64,000 bases of DNA from Octopus sinensis (lineage: Eukaryota). Below are positions 25,574 to 38,501 of this stretch, piece by piece; position 1 is the stretch's first letter; each line of letters starts with the position of its first letter. The position numbers and the translations under genes were made by a program. Below the pieces are notes generated by a model. The model was not told the origin of the DNA. It was given only the letters and a program-made list of their open reading frames with translations, and searched no databases. The DNA lies in NCBI RefSeq assembly GCF_006345805.1, contig NC_043011.1:23758464-23822463 (forward strand). Reading direction: 5' to 3'.

Positions 25574-28500
25574 CGCACACACACACGATGGGCTTCTTTC
25601 AGTTTCTTTCTACTCAAAGCTTTGGTCAGCCCAAGGCTAAAGTAGCAGACACTTGCCCAAGGAGCCATGCAGTGAGACTGAACCTGGAACCATATGGTTG
25701 AGAAGCAAACTTGTTACCACATAGTGATGCCTATGCCATATCTATTTGGGTGTCTCTGTGGCATCTTATTTTCTTTAAGTTTGGTATTAATTTTGTGTGT
25801 GTGTTAAGCAATAAAAACATTTAAAACCTTTTTGATAAAGCTTTGCTAAATTCATTTTCCAAAGCTGAGTGGACAGAGTGATTTACAAAACCTGGCACAT
25901 GTTCTGCATCGTTGCTTAGTCATTTTTCTCATTCCACATAGGAAATCTGAAAGACAGTGCAGTGCTGATAAACAATCTAACTAACTGAGTTATGTACAGC
26001 ATCGTGTCTTTTCAATACCTGTAGTGAAACCATGCGATCAGTAGTGCAGTACATTCACAGAAATTGTTCTTAATGAGTTTTCTAGATGTATTTATGTTTA
26101 TAATGTTTGATATATAGTTGAAATGACTGATGTCTGAGAATATGTATAATAATTGTTTTGACTGTTTTTGCATTAATCATTACTAAAGAATTATTATTTT
26201 GTTTATAATTTATGGAAATTTTGATTATTAAAAAACGCTTTGTACTTTCTTTTCTGTTTTTTAGGGATACCGAAATGCACAACCAAGAGAAGTAAATATT
26301 CCTTTGTTATTTTCGTGATTTAGTTTACAAGAAGTGAGATGTTTATTATGAATTATCTGGTAAATAAAACTAACAAATAACACTGTCATAGATACAAGAC
26401 ATTAACGATACAGATGAACATAACTGCAATGATCTCACCTGCCTGGGAGAGACTGCAAAGACTAAGCGTGGATCTCTATTTTCTTTGGATTAAAGAATAA
26501 GAAAAATATAAAATGCACCCGTGCACTTGTATATGCATGTGCATATATCGATTTACACATACAAAAATGAAGCAACGGCAACTGGATTCTTTAGTGCAAC
26601 CATAAGGATGATATTTGTATACAGAAAAAAAAAAACAATTATGAATTTTAAATAGTTTTCCCTTAATCGTGCTTAATCGTTTAGTTAAGAATTGTCCTCC
26701 TTACATTCCTTCCTAAAATTCCTGGCCTGGGTGTATTATTACAGCAATGCCTCGATATAAGAGTTAATTTATTCCCAGAGACTGCTCATAAAGCGAAAAC
26801 TCGTAAAACTAATACTTTCCTACAGTCGCAATGCTATATAAATCGTGATTCGTTCCCAGAAAAATATTTTACCTGTAAAATTTGTAATACTTGTAAATAA
26901 ATGGCAATAAAACAGTAGAATGTAAAGAATATTTTATGCAAAGTAGAAAGAATGTCAAGATCATTAGACTTGCACACGCCATCATTTATTGATGCAATTG
27001 TTGATTCATAAGCACTCGTAAACAGACTTGTAGATTTCTTTTTAAAAAGCAAGCCTAGCGTTGATTGCTTAGAAGCATTTTTTCACTCTATAAATTTCTT
27101 GGTAACATGTAGAGAAGTATTTGTTATGGTTATAGAAATTTTCGCACTTTGTTAAAATTTTGGATCTTACACTTGAAAAATAAAATTCATATACCCAGGG
27201 TCTCATAAAGCAATTCCTTGCAAAGTGAGGTATTACTATACTAAAATTATCACAAGTCTGGTGCCTATATTTGGATTTTTGGTTGAAGATCTTTCACTTT
27301 TTGTAATTGTAATGGCTTTTTAGAGATGGGGGAAATCAATGTCTTTGCTTTTAAAATCTGAAGCTTAATGCGTTCTTTTTACCATTAACTTGTTTTAGTC
27401 ATTGGACTGTGGTCATACTGGAGCATTACCTCAAAGGGTTTTAGAAGAGTGGATCAGCACCAGTAATTATATTTTCAGAGCTTGGTACTTATTTTGGCAG
27501 TGTCTTATGGTGAACTGCTAGGCTGTGGGATGTAAACAAAGCAACATCGGCTGTCAAGCAGTGGTAGGGGACAAACACAAAGACACATGCATGCACATAT
27601 ACGCAATGTATGGTGTATTGTCTTTAACATGCGAAGCAAAAAATTGACATTTTTACATGAAGCTTTGACATTTGTTTACATTTTGATCAGCGGATTAGTA
27701 ATAAACAATGTCTGTACACTAGGCTTACATAACATACACAAAATCTACTTGTGTTGTTCATTACGGCCATTGTCATGATCATTCACAGTACAAATTACAG
27801 TGATGCCCTCATCTAAACAACATTACCCCTCTAAAATTCATCATCATCATCATCGTTTAATGTCCGCTTTCCATGCTAGCATGGGTTGGACGATTTGACT
27901 GAGGACTGGCAAACCAGATGGCTGCACCAGGCTCCAATCTTGGATCTGGCAGAGTTTCTACAGCTGGATGCTCTTCCTAACGCCAACCACTCGTGAGAGT
28001 GTAGTGGGTGCTTTTATGTGCTACCGGCACGAGGGCCAGTCAGGCGGTACTGGCAATGGCCACGCCCAAATGGTGTTTTCTTTTTTAACGTGCCACCTGC
28101 AGTCTATCAGTGGACCATATTGAAACTATATTAACTGTATTTGACTTGTGAAATGAATGATCACCCATCTTCCTAAGTTTTCTCAATAAATTCTGGGAAA
28201 GTAGCTAAACTTTCATTCCATGAGTTGAATATAGATGTGCTTAGGCACTTTTCTGTTAAGTATCTCTATAGAGCTAGTCAGCATGAAATGCAGACATTTA
28301 TCATGCTCGCGAACCACTTTGAACTGGTTTGCACCTATTCCAGGCCACTTTGGAGTGGCCTGTGCATTGAAAATGTTAAACATGTTTAAAGAAATAGGAA
28401 GAACCTGTAATTCTAGAAGCTTCTTTGACATCCTTATGATGATCTTTAACAATTTTTATTTTAATATTTTAAATGTTTTTTTTTTTGTTTTTTTTCTCTC

Positions 28501-31500
28501 CCCCAGTTTTTATACACATTCCAGCAAGTATTTGATGAAACTTCAACACAGAAGGACATATTTGATGTGGTTTCTTTGCCTCTTGTTGAAGATCTTATTG
28601 CTGGACGTAATAGTAAGTTGTTAGGTTTAAACATTTGAATTTTGTCTTTTAAAATCATTGTAATCATGATTATGGGTGAGGAGAAAACAAGCATTAAATT
28701 ATTGATGTTGATAATGCTGACTGAAAAATTTTTGTAAAGAATTTGTTGTTAGGATTGTTGTCATTATTGTATAAGGTAGAGAATTAGCTGAGTGATTAAA
28801 ACTAACAAAATGCCTTGTAGTTTTTAGTCTATGTTCTATCCTCAAATGTTGCTGAGATCCACTTTACCCTCCATTCATCTGGGGTTGATGAAATATCTAA
28901 CATACAAGTACTGGGGTAAATATAATCAATTGTTCTCCACACAAATTCCTGACCATATGCTTCTAAAGAGACACACTCAGATAAAGTTCCTTACATTATT
29001 TCACTTATCTGTTTATGGTACTGTCTATCAGAGGAGGCACAAGCATGCACGCATGATGGAATCTCTGCCTACTAAATTCACTCAAGGCTTTGGTTGGCCC
29101 TGGGCTACAGTAGAAGACACTTGCTCGAGGTGCTGTACAGTGGGACTGAACCTGAAACCATGTGGTTGAGAAGTGAACTACTTACCCGCACAGCCATGCC
29201 TATTACAAAACCTACCAAGTCTGACTTTAGTTGTCATGCTCTCAAGTCAATCTATCTTTTCCTCAAAATTTGTGGTCTTGAACCTATTGTTAAAAGGTAT
29301 GTTTAACCCTTTAGCATTCATATTAATTTGGCAAAAATAATCTTTATTTATTCACATTAAAAAAATTTTAACTGATATTATTTTGTAGCTTCAAGCCAGG
29401 AAAGATGTAATTGCTTATTTTTAGAATGACATTGCAGGGTAGGTGTGAGATGTTGGTTCTGGCCAGTTTGAGCATAAAATGTGTAGAATATTTGGGCCGG
29501 ATACAGCCGGTTTAAACACTAAAGGGTTAATATCTACATCAGGGTCTATCTTACCCTATTTACCCATACCACTCTATTCCGTTATGCTGCCTATGAAACA
29601 ACATATGACAATGAATTATATTTATTCATGTTCTGTGTCCTCTGTACAATATCTGCTATCCTTATCCTCCCCCTCCCCATTACACTCTTCCTTTATTTCC
29701 CTTCATTTATCTTTTATTATTGACATCCATCCCACTTATCTCTGTTACTCATTTCTTTTACTCCTTTCTCTCTTCCTTTAATCTTGCTAAAGATTAGATA
29801 TAACTTCTTTGGAGCTGATGAACAAATGAATGACAGCAACATAGGGTAGAGAAGACTTCTCAGTCTTTCTCTGTCACTGCTGATTCCATGATAAAATGCA
29901 TTCGGGATACTCTGTAGAGTGATTGATGATAGAAAGGGTAACCAAATGCAGAAACCTTGTGAGATGCTATTGGGATGGCAGTAACTTTGTATAAAACTAA
30001 CTTGGATGGTGATGACCAATTCAACTCATGCCAGCATGGAAAAGCAGCCATGAAATGATGATGATGATAGCTAGAGTATTACAAAAGGAATTATTGTATA
30101 TAACTAGCTGGCCCCATACCATCAAAAATGACGGCTAATTGTAGTACTTTATATATAAATATGGATTTTAAATCAAATTAACACACTTGTCAATGTTATC
30201 TGGTGATTGTCTTTTGAGATGTGACATCAATCACTGTTACTGGAAGAACACTAGCTCGCACATACTTCTCTTGTACATGCACACACATACATATACTCAC
30301 ACAGAATTGAAATGCTGTTTGATTTTTCTTTTCAGCGTTGAATGTTCACCATCCCTCTTCCATTGCACACACACACACACACACAAATATTTACATACCT
30401 CCCTTTTACATACACATATACGCACACAAAGTTGAAATGCTCCCACTACCAGTTTGCCATCACTCCTTCGTTCCTTATTCATCTATCACTCCTTCCTTTC
30501 TCATTCATATGTTGTGACGGAGAAAAACACATATGTATTATTATAGTAGATGGTTTTTGTTTTGCAGTGTACAAGACAATAGAAATAGTACTAGTGCTGG
30601 TATTGTGACAACATGCACCCAGTTCACTTTATCTACTCATTTGCCAACAACTTTACAATGTGGCATTATGAAGATCTTAGCCTTGTCTTGTTGAGGACAT
30701 GACAACCTTTTTAGTGCTGGTTTCACATAAAATGCACCTAATGTTCACGGTTCAGTAGTTGAGCATAGAAAGAACAGCAAGCTGTAGAAAACATGTTGAA
30801 CTTAATGTTTGAATGAAATGTGGTTGCTTAGTTTAAGAGGACAACTCCAGATATGAGTTAATTTGGTCTGTGATGGAAGCCAAGTGTAAAAGAATGATGA
30901 TGACTGAAATTCTATATCAATCTGTTTTTAATATATCAATTAACATTAAGGTGGTAATCTGGCGGAATTGTTAGCATGCCAGGCAAAATGCTTAGTGGTA
31001 TTTCGACTGTATTTCAAAGGCGGCAAGCTGGCAGAAACGTTAGCACGCCGGGCGAAATGCGTAGCCGTATTTCGTCTGCCGTTACGTTCTGAGTTCCAAT
31101 TCCGCCTAGGTCGACTTTGCCTTTCATCCTTTCGGGGTCGATTAAGTAAGTACCAGTTATGCACTGGGGTCAGTATAATCGACTTAATCCGTTTGTTTGT
31201 CCTCTCTGTGTTTAGCCCCTTGTGGGTAGTAATGAAATAAATATTTTGGCTGTCTGTGTATCCCGAGTTCAAAATCTGTTGAGGGCAACTTTGCTTTTCA
31301 TCCCTTTGGGGTCATTAAAATAAGTACCTGTTGAGCACTACGGTCAATTTAATTAACTTACCCCCACCTTCAAAATTGCTGACCTTGTACCAAAATTTGA
31401 AACCAATATGTTAAATGACATTATCTATTCTGATATTATAAGGCTATGATTTGTGCATTATTTACATTAATTACATTCAACAGATATTTGTCCTCATCTT

Positions 31501-34500
31501 GCTTGTTGTTAACACAATGTTTCTGCTGATATACCCTCCAGCCTTCATCAGGTGTCTTGGGGAAATTTCAAACCTGGGTTCTCATCCCTAAGGTATTTTT
31601 CGATGCTATTATTATTAAAAGAAAATCACCTTAGGAATGAGAACACAGGTTCGAAATTTCCCCAAGACACCTGAAGAATGCTGGAGGGTATATCGGCTGA
31701 AACGTTGTGTTAACAACAAACAAAATGAGGACAAATATCTGTTGAATGTAAATAATGCTCATAATTTCTCATCTCTTAAATATAGAACTGTAAGGCTATG
31801 ATTCATTTTGATTTCTTATTTTCATATCTAGCTTTTCAGCCTCTGTAGATAATAAAATAATAAAAATAAATACATTGCATGAAAATCTAAGAGATTTGAT
31901 TTTTAATCTATTTGTCAGCTCTCCTCTTCACCTATGGTGTAACTGGCTCTGGTAAGACGTACACAATGACTGGTACCCCAGTTGACCAGGGTATATTACC
32001 GAGGTGTCTTGATGTCGTTTTTAACACAATTGAACATCATCAGGCAAAAAAATATGTAAGAAAATTTTGTATTTCTTTCCTTTTTTTTAAAAAATTGTTT
32101 TTGTTTTCAGTTTATTTTATTTTAGTTTATTTTGCATCTCTGAGGTATTGAAGCTTAACCCTTTAGCATATGGATAACTCTGTCAAATGTAACGCTTATT
32201 TTTTCGTATTGTAAAATACAATGCTTAGTTATTCATGTTGCTTTGAATTCGTCACGCAATATTTCATAGCTTCAAGATTTTGATGATATGATTTAGTTTT
32301 AGAATGACATTGCACAGTAAGTAGGAGAGGTGTGATCTGGACAGTTTGAGCATAAAACAGGCAGAGTATTTTGGCTGGATATGGCTGGTTTAAATGCTAA
32401 AGGGTTAAGATTTTACATAGGTAAATTAATGAATAAAAACAAAAACCTTTTTCACATTCTACTTTTTTAACTAGTAACAGAATTTGTAAATATTCTAATA
32501 CTCTTAATTTATAATGTTTTAGATTTAACAGATTTGTAAATTCATTTAGGTTTATTTCAGTCTGATTTGTCATATAACTTAGCATATTTGATGGCATATA
32601 AGATGCATTTTTTTTCCCAAACAATGCCTAAGAAATGTAACCCTGGATCATTTATGTAGAGTTGGGCCTATATCATGTGATTTAATGAACCTCACGGAGG
32701 TGAGGTGGCTGAGTTCCTTTCCAGCATTGGGCCTCATGGAAGCAATTACCAAGACCATTGGCACTATGACCCAACAAGCCGAGCAAAATTGCAGTTGTGG
32801 CAGATGCCAGTGGCATGTAAAAGTACTCATTACACTTGGAGTGGTTGATGTTAGGAAGGGCATCCAGCCGTAGAAAACCATGCCAAATCAGACTGGAGTT
32901 TGGTGCAGCCTTCCAGCAGGCCAGCCCAGTCATACCGTCCAACCCATGCTAGCATGGACAACAGACGTTAAATGATGATGATGAAGATTGTTTTAAATCA
33001 ATCATATACTATCTTGCAATTTCAAGATTTTGATAATGGCATTACAGGATGGGTGTGAGAGGCCAGATCTGCCCAGTTTTAATGCTAAAGGATAAAGCCC
33101 TGAGCGCCAACAAGTGTTTGATTAGTTCAGAATATTAAAGCACAATAAAATGTATTTTCAATGTACCTGCAACTATATTTAGCATTCATATTTGTCTGTA
33201 AGATACAATGCTTAGTTATTCACGTTGCTTTGAATTCTTCATGCAATATTTCGTAGCTTCAAGATTTCAATGATGTGATTGTTTAGTTTTACTATGACAT
33301 TATAGAGTGAGGTACAAGAGGATAGATCTGGTCAGTTTGAGCATAAAACAGGCAGAGTATTTTGGCCGGATATGGCTGGTTTAAATGCTAAAGAGTTAAA
33401 AGATATTACGTTGGTTACCGTAAATCCTCGAGTATAATACGCAGGGGACTTTTAGAGAGCCGTACCTCTGAAAAACCTAAACCTTGTGTATAATACGCAC
33501 CCCTTATCTAACTTGAGTCAAGGAGGTCTATATAATGTCCTTGGTTTGTAAAAATGTATACGGTAACGTCCTTTATTATTATTGTATATATAACATAATG
33601 CAAATGTGTAGCTTTTTGGTGCATTTTGTTTGCAGAAAATAAAGAAATAACAGTAATAATGTTTAATAAATGTTGCTTACGGCAAGTTATGGATGATTCT
33701 TTTATGACTTCATTGGTTTGAGGCTTAGCTTAAGGTATTTTTGCGCCCGACATCACAAAATGTGTCTGAATAAACATTGCCAGACAGCAAATAGGGTCTC
33801 AGACATTGCTTAGAAGATAATTTTCATTTTTAAGCTTGTGTATAATATGCACTAGGGATTTTGACCTTTAAATTTTGGGGGGAAAAATGTGGATATACTC
33901 GAGGATTTGCGGTAATTAATGAATAAAAAAAAATTTTTTTTTCACATTCTCCTTCCTTTTTAACTAGTAATGGAAAAATTTGTAAATATTCTAATGCTCT
34001 CATTTTATTATGTTTTAGATTTAACAGATTTGTAAATTTATTCATGTTTATTTCAGTCTGTTTTGTCATATAACTTAGCATTTTTGATGGCATTTTTTTT
34101 TCCCCAAACAATGTCTCAAAAATGTAACCCTGAGTCTTTTATGCAGAGTTGGACCTATATCACATGATTTAATGCACTAAAAACTGTTTTTCTTGTATAT
34201 ATGCTACTGAAATTGAGTTGTACTTTTTATTGTGCCATCAAATATGGCACATTTTTAATAGGATTTCCTAATATAAACCATCCCATTTATCTTAGTATCT
34301 TTTTTTTTTCTTTGAAAATTTGATTCAGTTCAGTTACTTTTGGAAAGCTAGCATTTCTTTAGGTTGCTTGGTTTTAAGAAATCTCTTATAATTTCCTCTG
34401 TGTGTATGTGTATATATGTATATATATTTACATTTTCTTTAACCAACAGGTTTTTGAGCCAAATAATCAAAATGGTTTTAGAGTTCAAAGTGAAGCTGAT

Positions 34501-37500
34501 GCTATGGCAAAACTCCAAGCTGACATCATGCCATGTCCTTCTGTTGTTCCAAAGACACCAAAAAAGTAAAAATAAATTGTTATTCTATTGGTTATTTTAT
34601 ATTAAATGTCTTTAAAATTTACTTTTTATGGTATACTAGATTATCTGCTGCTACACCATCTGTAAAAATATTTGTTAATCATCCACGTTTCTTCATAAAT
34701 TGTTCCAGTAATGTTTAGATTGACTTTCTCTGTGAATATTAATAATAGTTTGAATACTGTTAATATTTATTTAGAATACTTTTTTTTTCATATTCTACAG
34801 AATATATTCTATTGAGCAATGTCTTGTAAGATAACTTCATGATATGCAACATTCCTTGTCAAAGTCCTTTTCCCATTGTCTTCTCTCTTCTTGGCTGTGC
34901 AGCTGAATTCTGTTTGGAATGCTTATATGCACTGGTTTTCAGGGTCTCTATCTTTGGTACAGTCAGTTAACAGTGGACTGTTATATAATGAAAGTTTTGT
35001 TGTTAGTTACTATGGTGACTCTACCTTTCACACACACTCACACTCTTTCTTTTTCTCTCTCTATTTCTTTCTCTCTCTCTCTCTCTCAATAATAACAACA
35101 ACCTGTTTTGTTTTTTTTTAAAACAAATTTTGATTCTATCTTTCACACTCTTTCTCAGCAGCACCTATCATTATAGTGAAAATTTAAGTCTGTTGCATTT
35201 TCTATATGTTGAAAGACATACAGAAACACACATACACAAACAAGCAAAAAAAAGTAGCTATATTATATATATGCATATAAGTGTGATGGAGAAGTGTCAT
35301 GACCTTGTGTGGTATGGCCAGTAGGCTTTTATATAGTGAAAGCTTGTGTTGTGTTGACAGACTTGCACTTAAAATTCCTGTTTTTAATCAGAACTTGTTA
35401 GGTAGCGTTGTGATCATAGTAACTATCTCTCATTATTTCTCTCAATAGCAACATTTTTTTCTCCTCCCCTTCTTCCCTTTTTTTACATATGCTATGACAG
35501 GGGTTATCTCCCCATTTGATTCCTCTCCCTTTTCCTCTCTATATATATGTTATGGCAGACAGTGAGGTGGCGATCAGCTTGACTTTTATAATGTAGATTA
35601 AACAGGGAATTTAAAAACTGAGCATCTGTGACAGTATGGTCTATATCAGGGTTGGTGACAGGGCACATAACCATAAAATACATCCTCAGACTTCTTTCAA
35701 CCCATGCAAGCATTGAAAAACAGACATTAAATAAATGAACAGAATGTTATTACTTTTATTTCATATCTTAGACTGTGGTCATGCTGGGTTATCACCTTGA
35801 AGGGTTGTATAAATCAACCATAGTACTTATTAAATGATTCTTATTCTGTCAGTCTCTTTTGCCAACTGCTAAGTGACAGGAAGGCAAACAAATTGACATT
35901 GGCCTCAAGTGGTGAGGAAGACGCACACATGCTTGTACACCTGCACGCACGCACACACGACTGGGCTCCATGCAGTTTCTGTCTATAAGTTTCACTCACA
36001 AGGCATTGGTCAGCCCAGGACTATGTAATAGAAGACACTTACCCAAGGTACTGCGCGCTGGGACTGAACCTGAAATCACATGGTTGCAAAGTGTGTTTCT
36101 TAACTGCAAAGCCATGCATGCACCTAAGTAGTATTCTTTTACTTGTTTCATTAGGCTGCAGCCATGCTGGAGCTCTATCTTGAAGAATTTTAGTCAAATG
36201 AATCAACCCCAGTGCTTACTTTTATGCCTGATGCCTATTCAACTTGTTTCTTTTGTCAAATCACTGTTACAGGGGATGTCAACATGCCACCGTTTTTTTT
36301 TTTGTTTTGTTACAAATGTACCAGTATATCCTTGTTGTTGTATTCATATGACCTTGTTTGCTTTTTTAAATTTTCCTATTGTAGAGACAAGTGTGAGTTC
36401 CTGAAAAATCCTCGTCTACGAGATAAAAGCAAAGTGGAAGGTGTCAGCAATCAGTTCTTGTATTCTGTCTTTGTGTCGTACGTTGAGGTTTATAATAATG
36501 CGGTGTATGATTTGTTGGAAGAGTTGACCTCTGACCCTATCATTGGATACAAGTAAGTGGTCTGTTTCAGTATTCTATAAAAGTGTTAAACACTTATAGT
36601 ATGTATATAAGTAACTCCAATTTCTGTGAAGCTATTGGATTTGTTGTGTATCTAAACATGAACCCTTGGTCTTGACTCTCTGCCATGCAGTACTTAGTTG
36701 AATTGTGGTAGTTTGGCCATGAAGCTAGTGGCTATTTCACTTGACTGAAACAGTGAATACTTTATTGTATTGGTATTTCTTTACTGCTGTTGAGTATTAT
36801 ACTAGGGGTAAGTAATGTACCTTACCTAAACAGTAAAACCTGAAACAAGAAGTGTTGTCTTTATTTTCATTTCAGGGCCCAGCAAACTAAAACAATTCGA
36901 GAAGATAGTAGTAAAATGATGTACATTCATGAGTGCAAAGAAGTTGAAGTGAAAAATCCTGATGAGGCTTTTCATGTCATCTACCAAGGTCAGTATATGA
37001 AGATTTTGCAAAAGAGGGGGGGGGGGGAGAGAGAAAATGAATAGTAATCATAAGAAATAGCCTACATTAAAAAATGTTTATATTATTTCAAGTGGTGGTA
37101 GCTGTAACCCTTTTGCATTCGAATTATTCTATCAAATGTAATGCTTATTTATTCAGATTATTTTTGAGTTTAATCTTGCATTATCTTGTAGTTTTGAGAT
37201 TTCAGTGAAGTGATTGTTTATTTTTAGAATGACATTGTAGGGTTGGTGTGAGAGGTCAGATCTGGCCAGTTTGGACATAAAGCAGGTTGAATATTGGAGC
37301 CAGATACGGCTTGTTTAAATGCTAAAAGGTTAAAGAGTCTTCCTCTTTATCATTATTCCTGCAAGGATCTGCTGCTTCGGTGATTTATCTTCAATTTAAT
37401 GAAATTGTGTCAAAGAAGTATGACTTACTCTTCAAAGAATGTATATTTCATGACACCAATATTGTAAAATGATTCTACTATAACTATATAGTGACGTGTT

Positions 37501-38454
37501 AGTTGTGAAGAAGGTTAGCTTTTGTTTGGTTTGTATGTGTGATATTTTTGGTGTTTGTTTACTTTGTACTGTTTTGATGGCTAGATTCAGTAGTGTTTAA
37601 TAAGTAGTGATAAAAGAGGGGAAAAAAAACGTTTTTAAATGCTTGTAAGGAAGAGACTATCATAAAAGACTATCATAAAATACTTGTTTAAGCAAATATT
37701 TATTTCTTTGGTTAGGCACAAAATCGTTTTTTTTAAGGGAGATTTATGTATATTTATTAATTTCATTCATTACTTTAGTGCCTACTTTTCCTTGCTTACG
37801 TGTATTGGATGGAGTTTATTGAAACAGATTTTGTACGGACAGTCTCCCTTCATGTCACTAACCTGTTTCCAAGCAAGTTAATATTTCTCTACAACCAGAC
37901 ATGTTCTTACAGGGTATCGGAAAGAAATGATACTGCTTAAATTACTGTCAATCATTTACAACATTTAAATGACTGACAATCATTTTCAAGACAAGGAGAC
38001 CCAAAAATGCACATATGCTCATATACATATATATGTACACACCAAATATACAAAGATATATGTGGTTGGGAAGCTTGCTTTCCAGCAACATGGTTTCAGG
38101 TTTAGTTCCACTGTGTGGCACCTTGGGCAAGTGTCGTCTGCTTTAGCCTTGGACCGACCAAAGCCTTGTGATTGAATTTGGTAGGTGGAAGTTACTGTCT
38201 TGTGTGCAAGTGCTTGTGCTTCCTAACAACACACACTTGAAGAGATGCTGAAAAATTCCTGACTTTGGGTAATAAAAAAAATATAAGAGGATCAGTTATG
38301 ATTTTATAAACATGTTCCATTCTCAGGTTCATACACTTATTGCAATGGTCCTTCATTTTTTCTAAGCCCTCTAAAAGAACTTGGAAGGTTGGGCCTCCAG
38401 CCAGGCCTTTCATGATACCCTTAAAGTCAGGAGCTTTTCAGCACCTCATCGTGT

Positions 38455-38501
<47 letters not shown>

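Noticed and set aside
25920-25990. Acceptor-like ttttctcattccacatag followed by a short reading frame
   Set aside because: Stops immediately in the required phase (GAA ATC TGA) and has no convincing donor; no support as an exon
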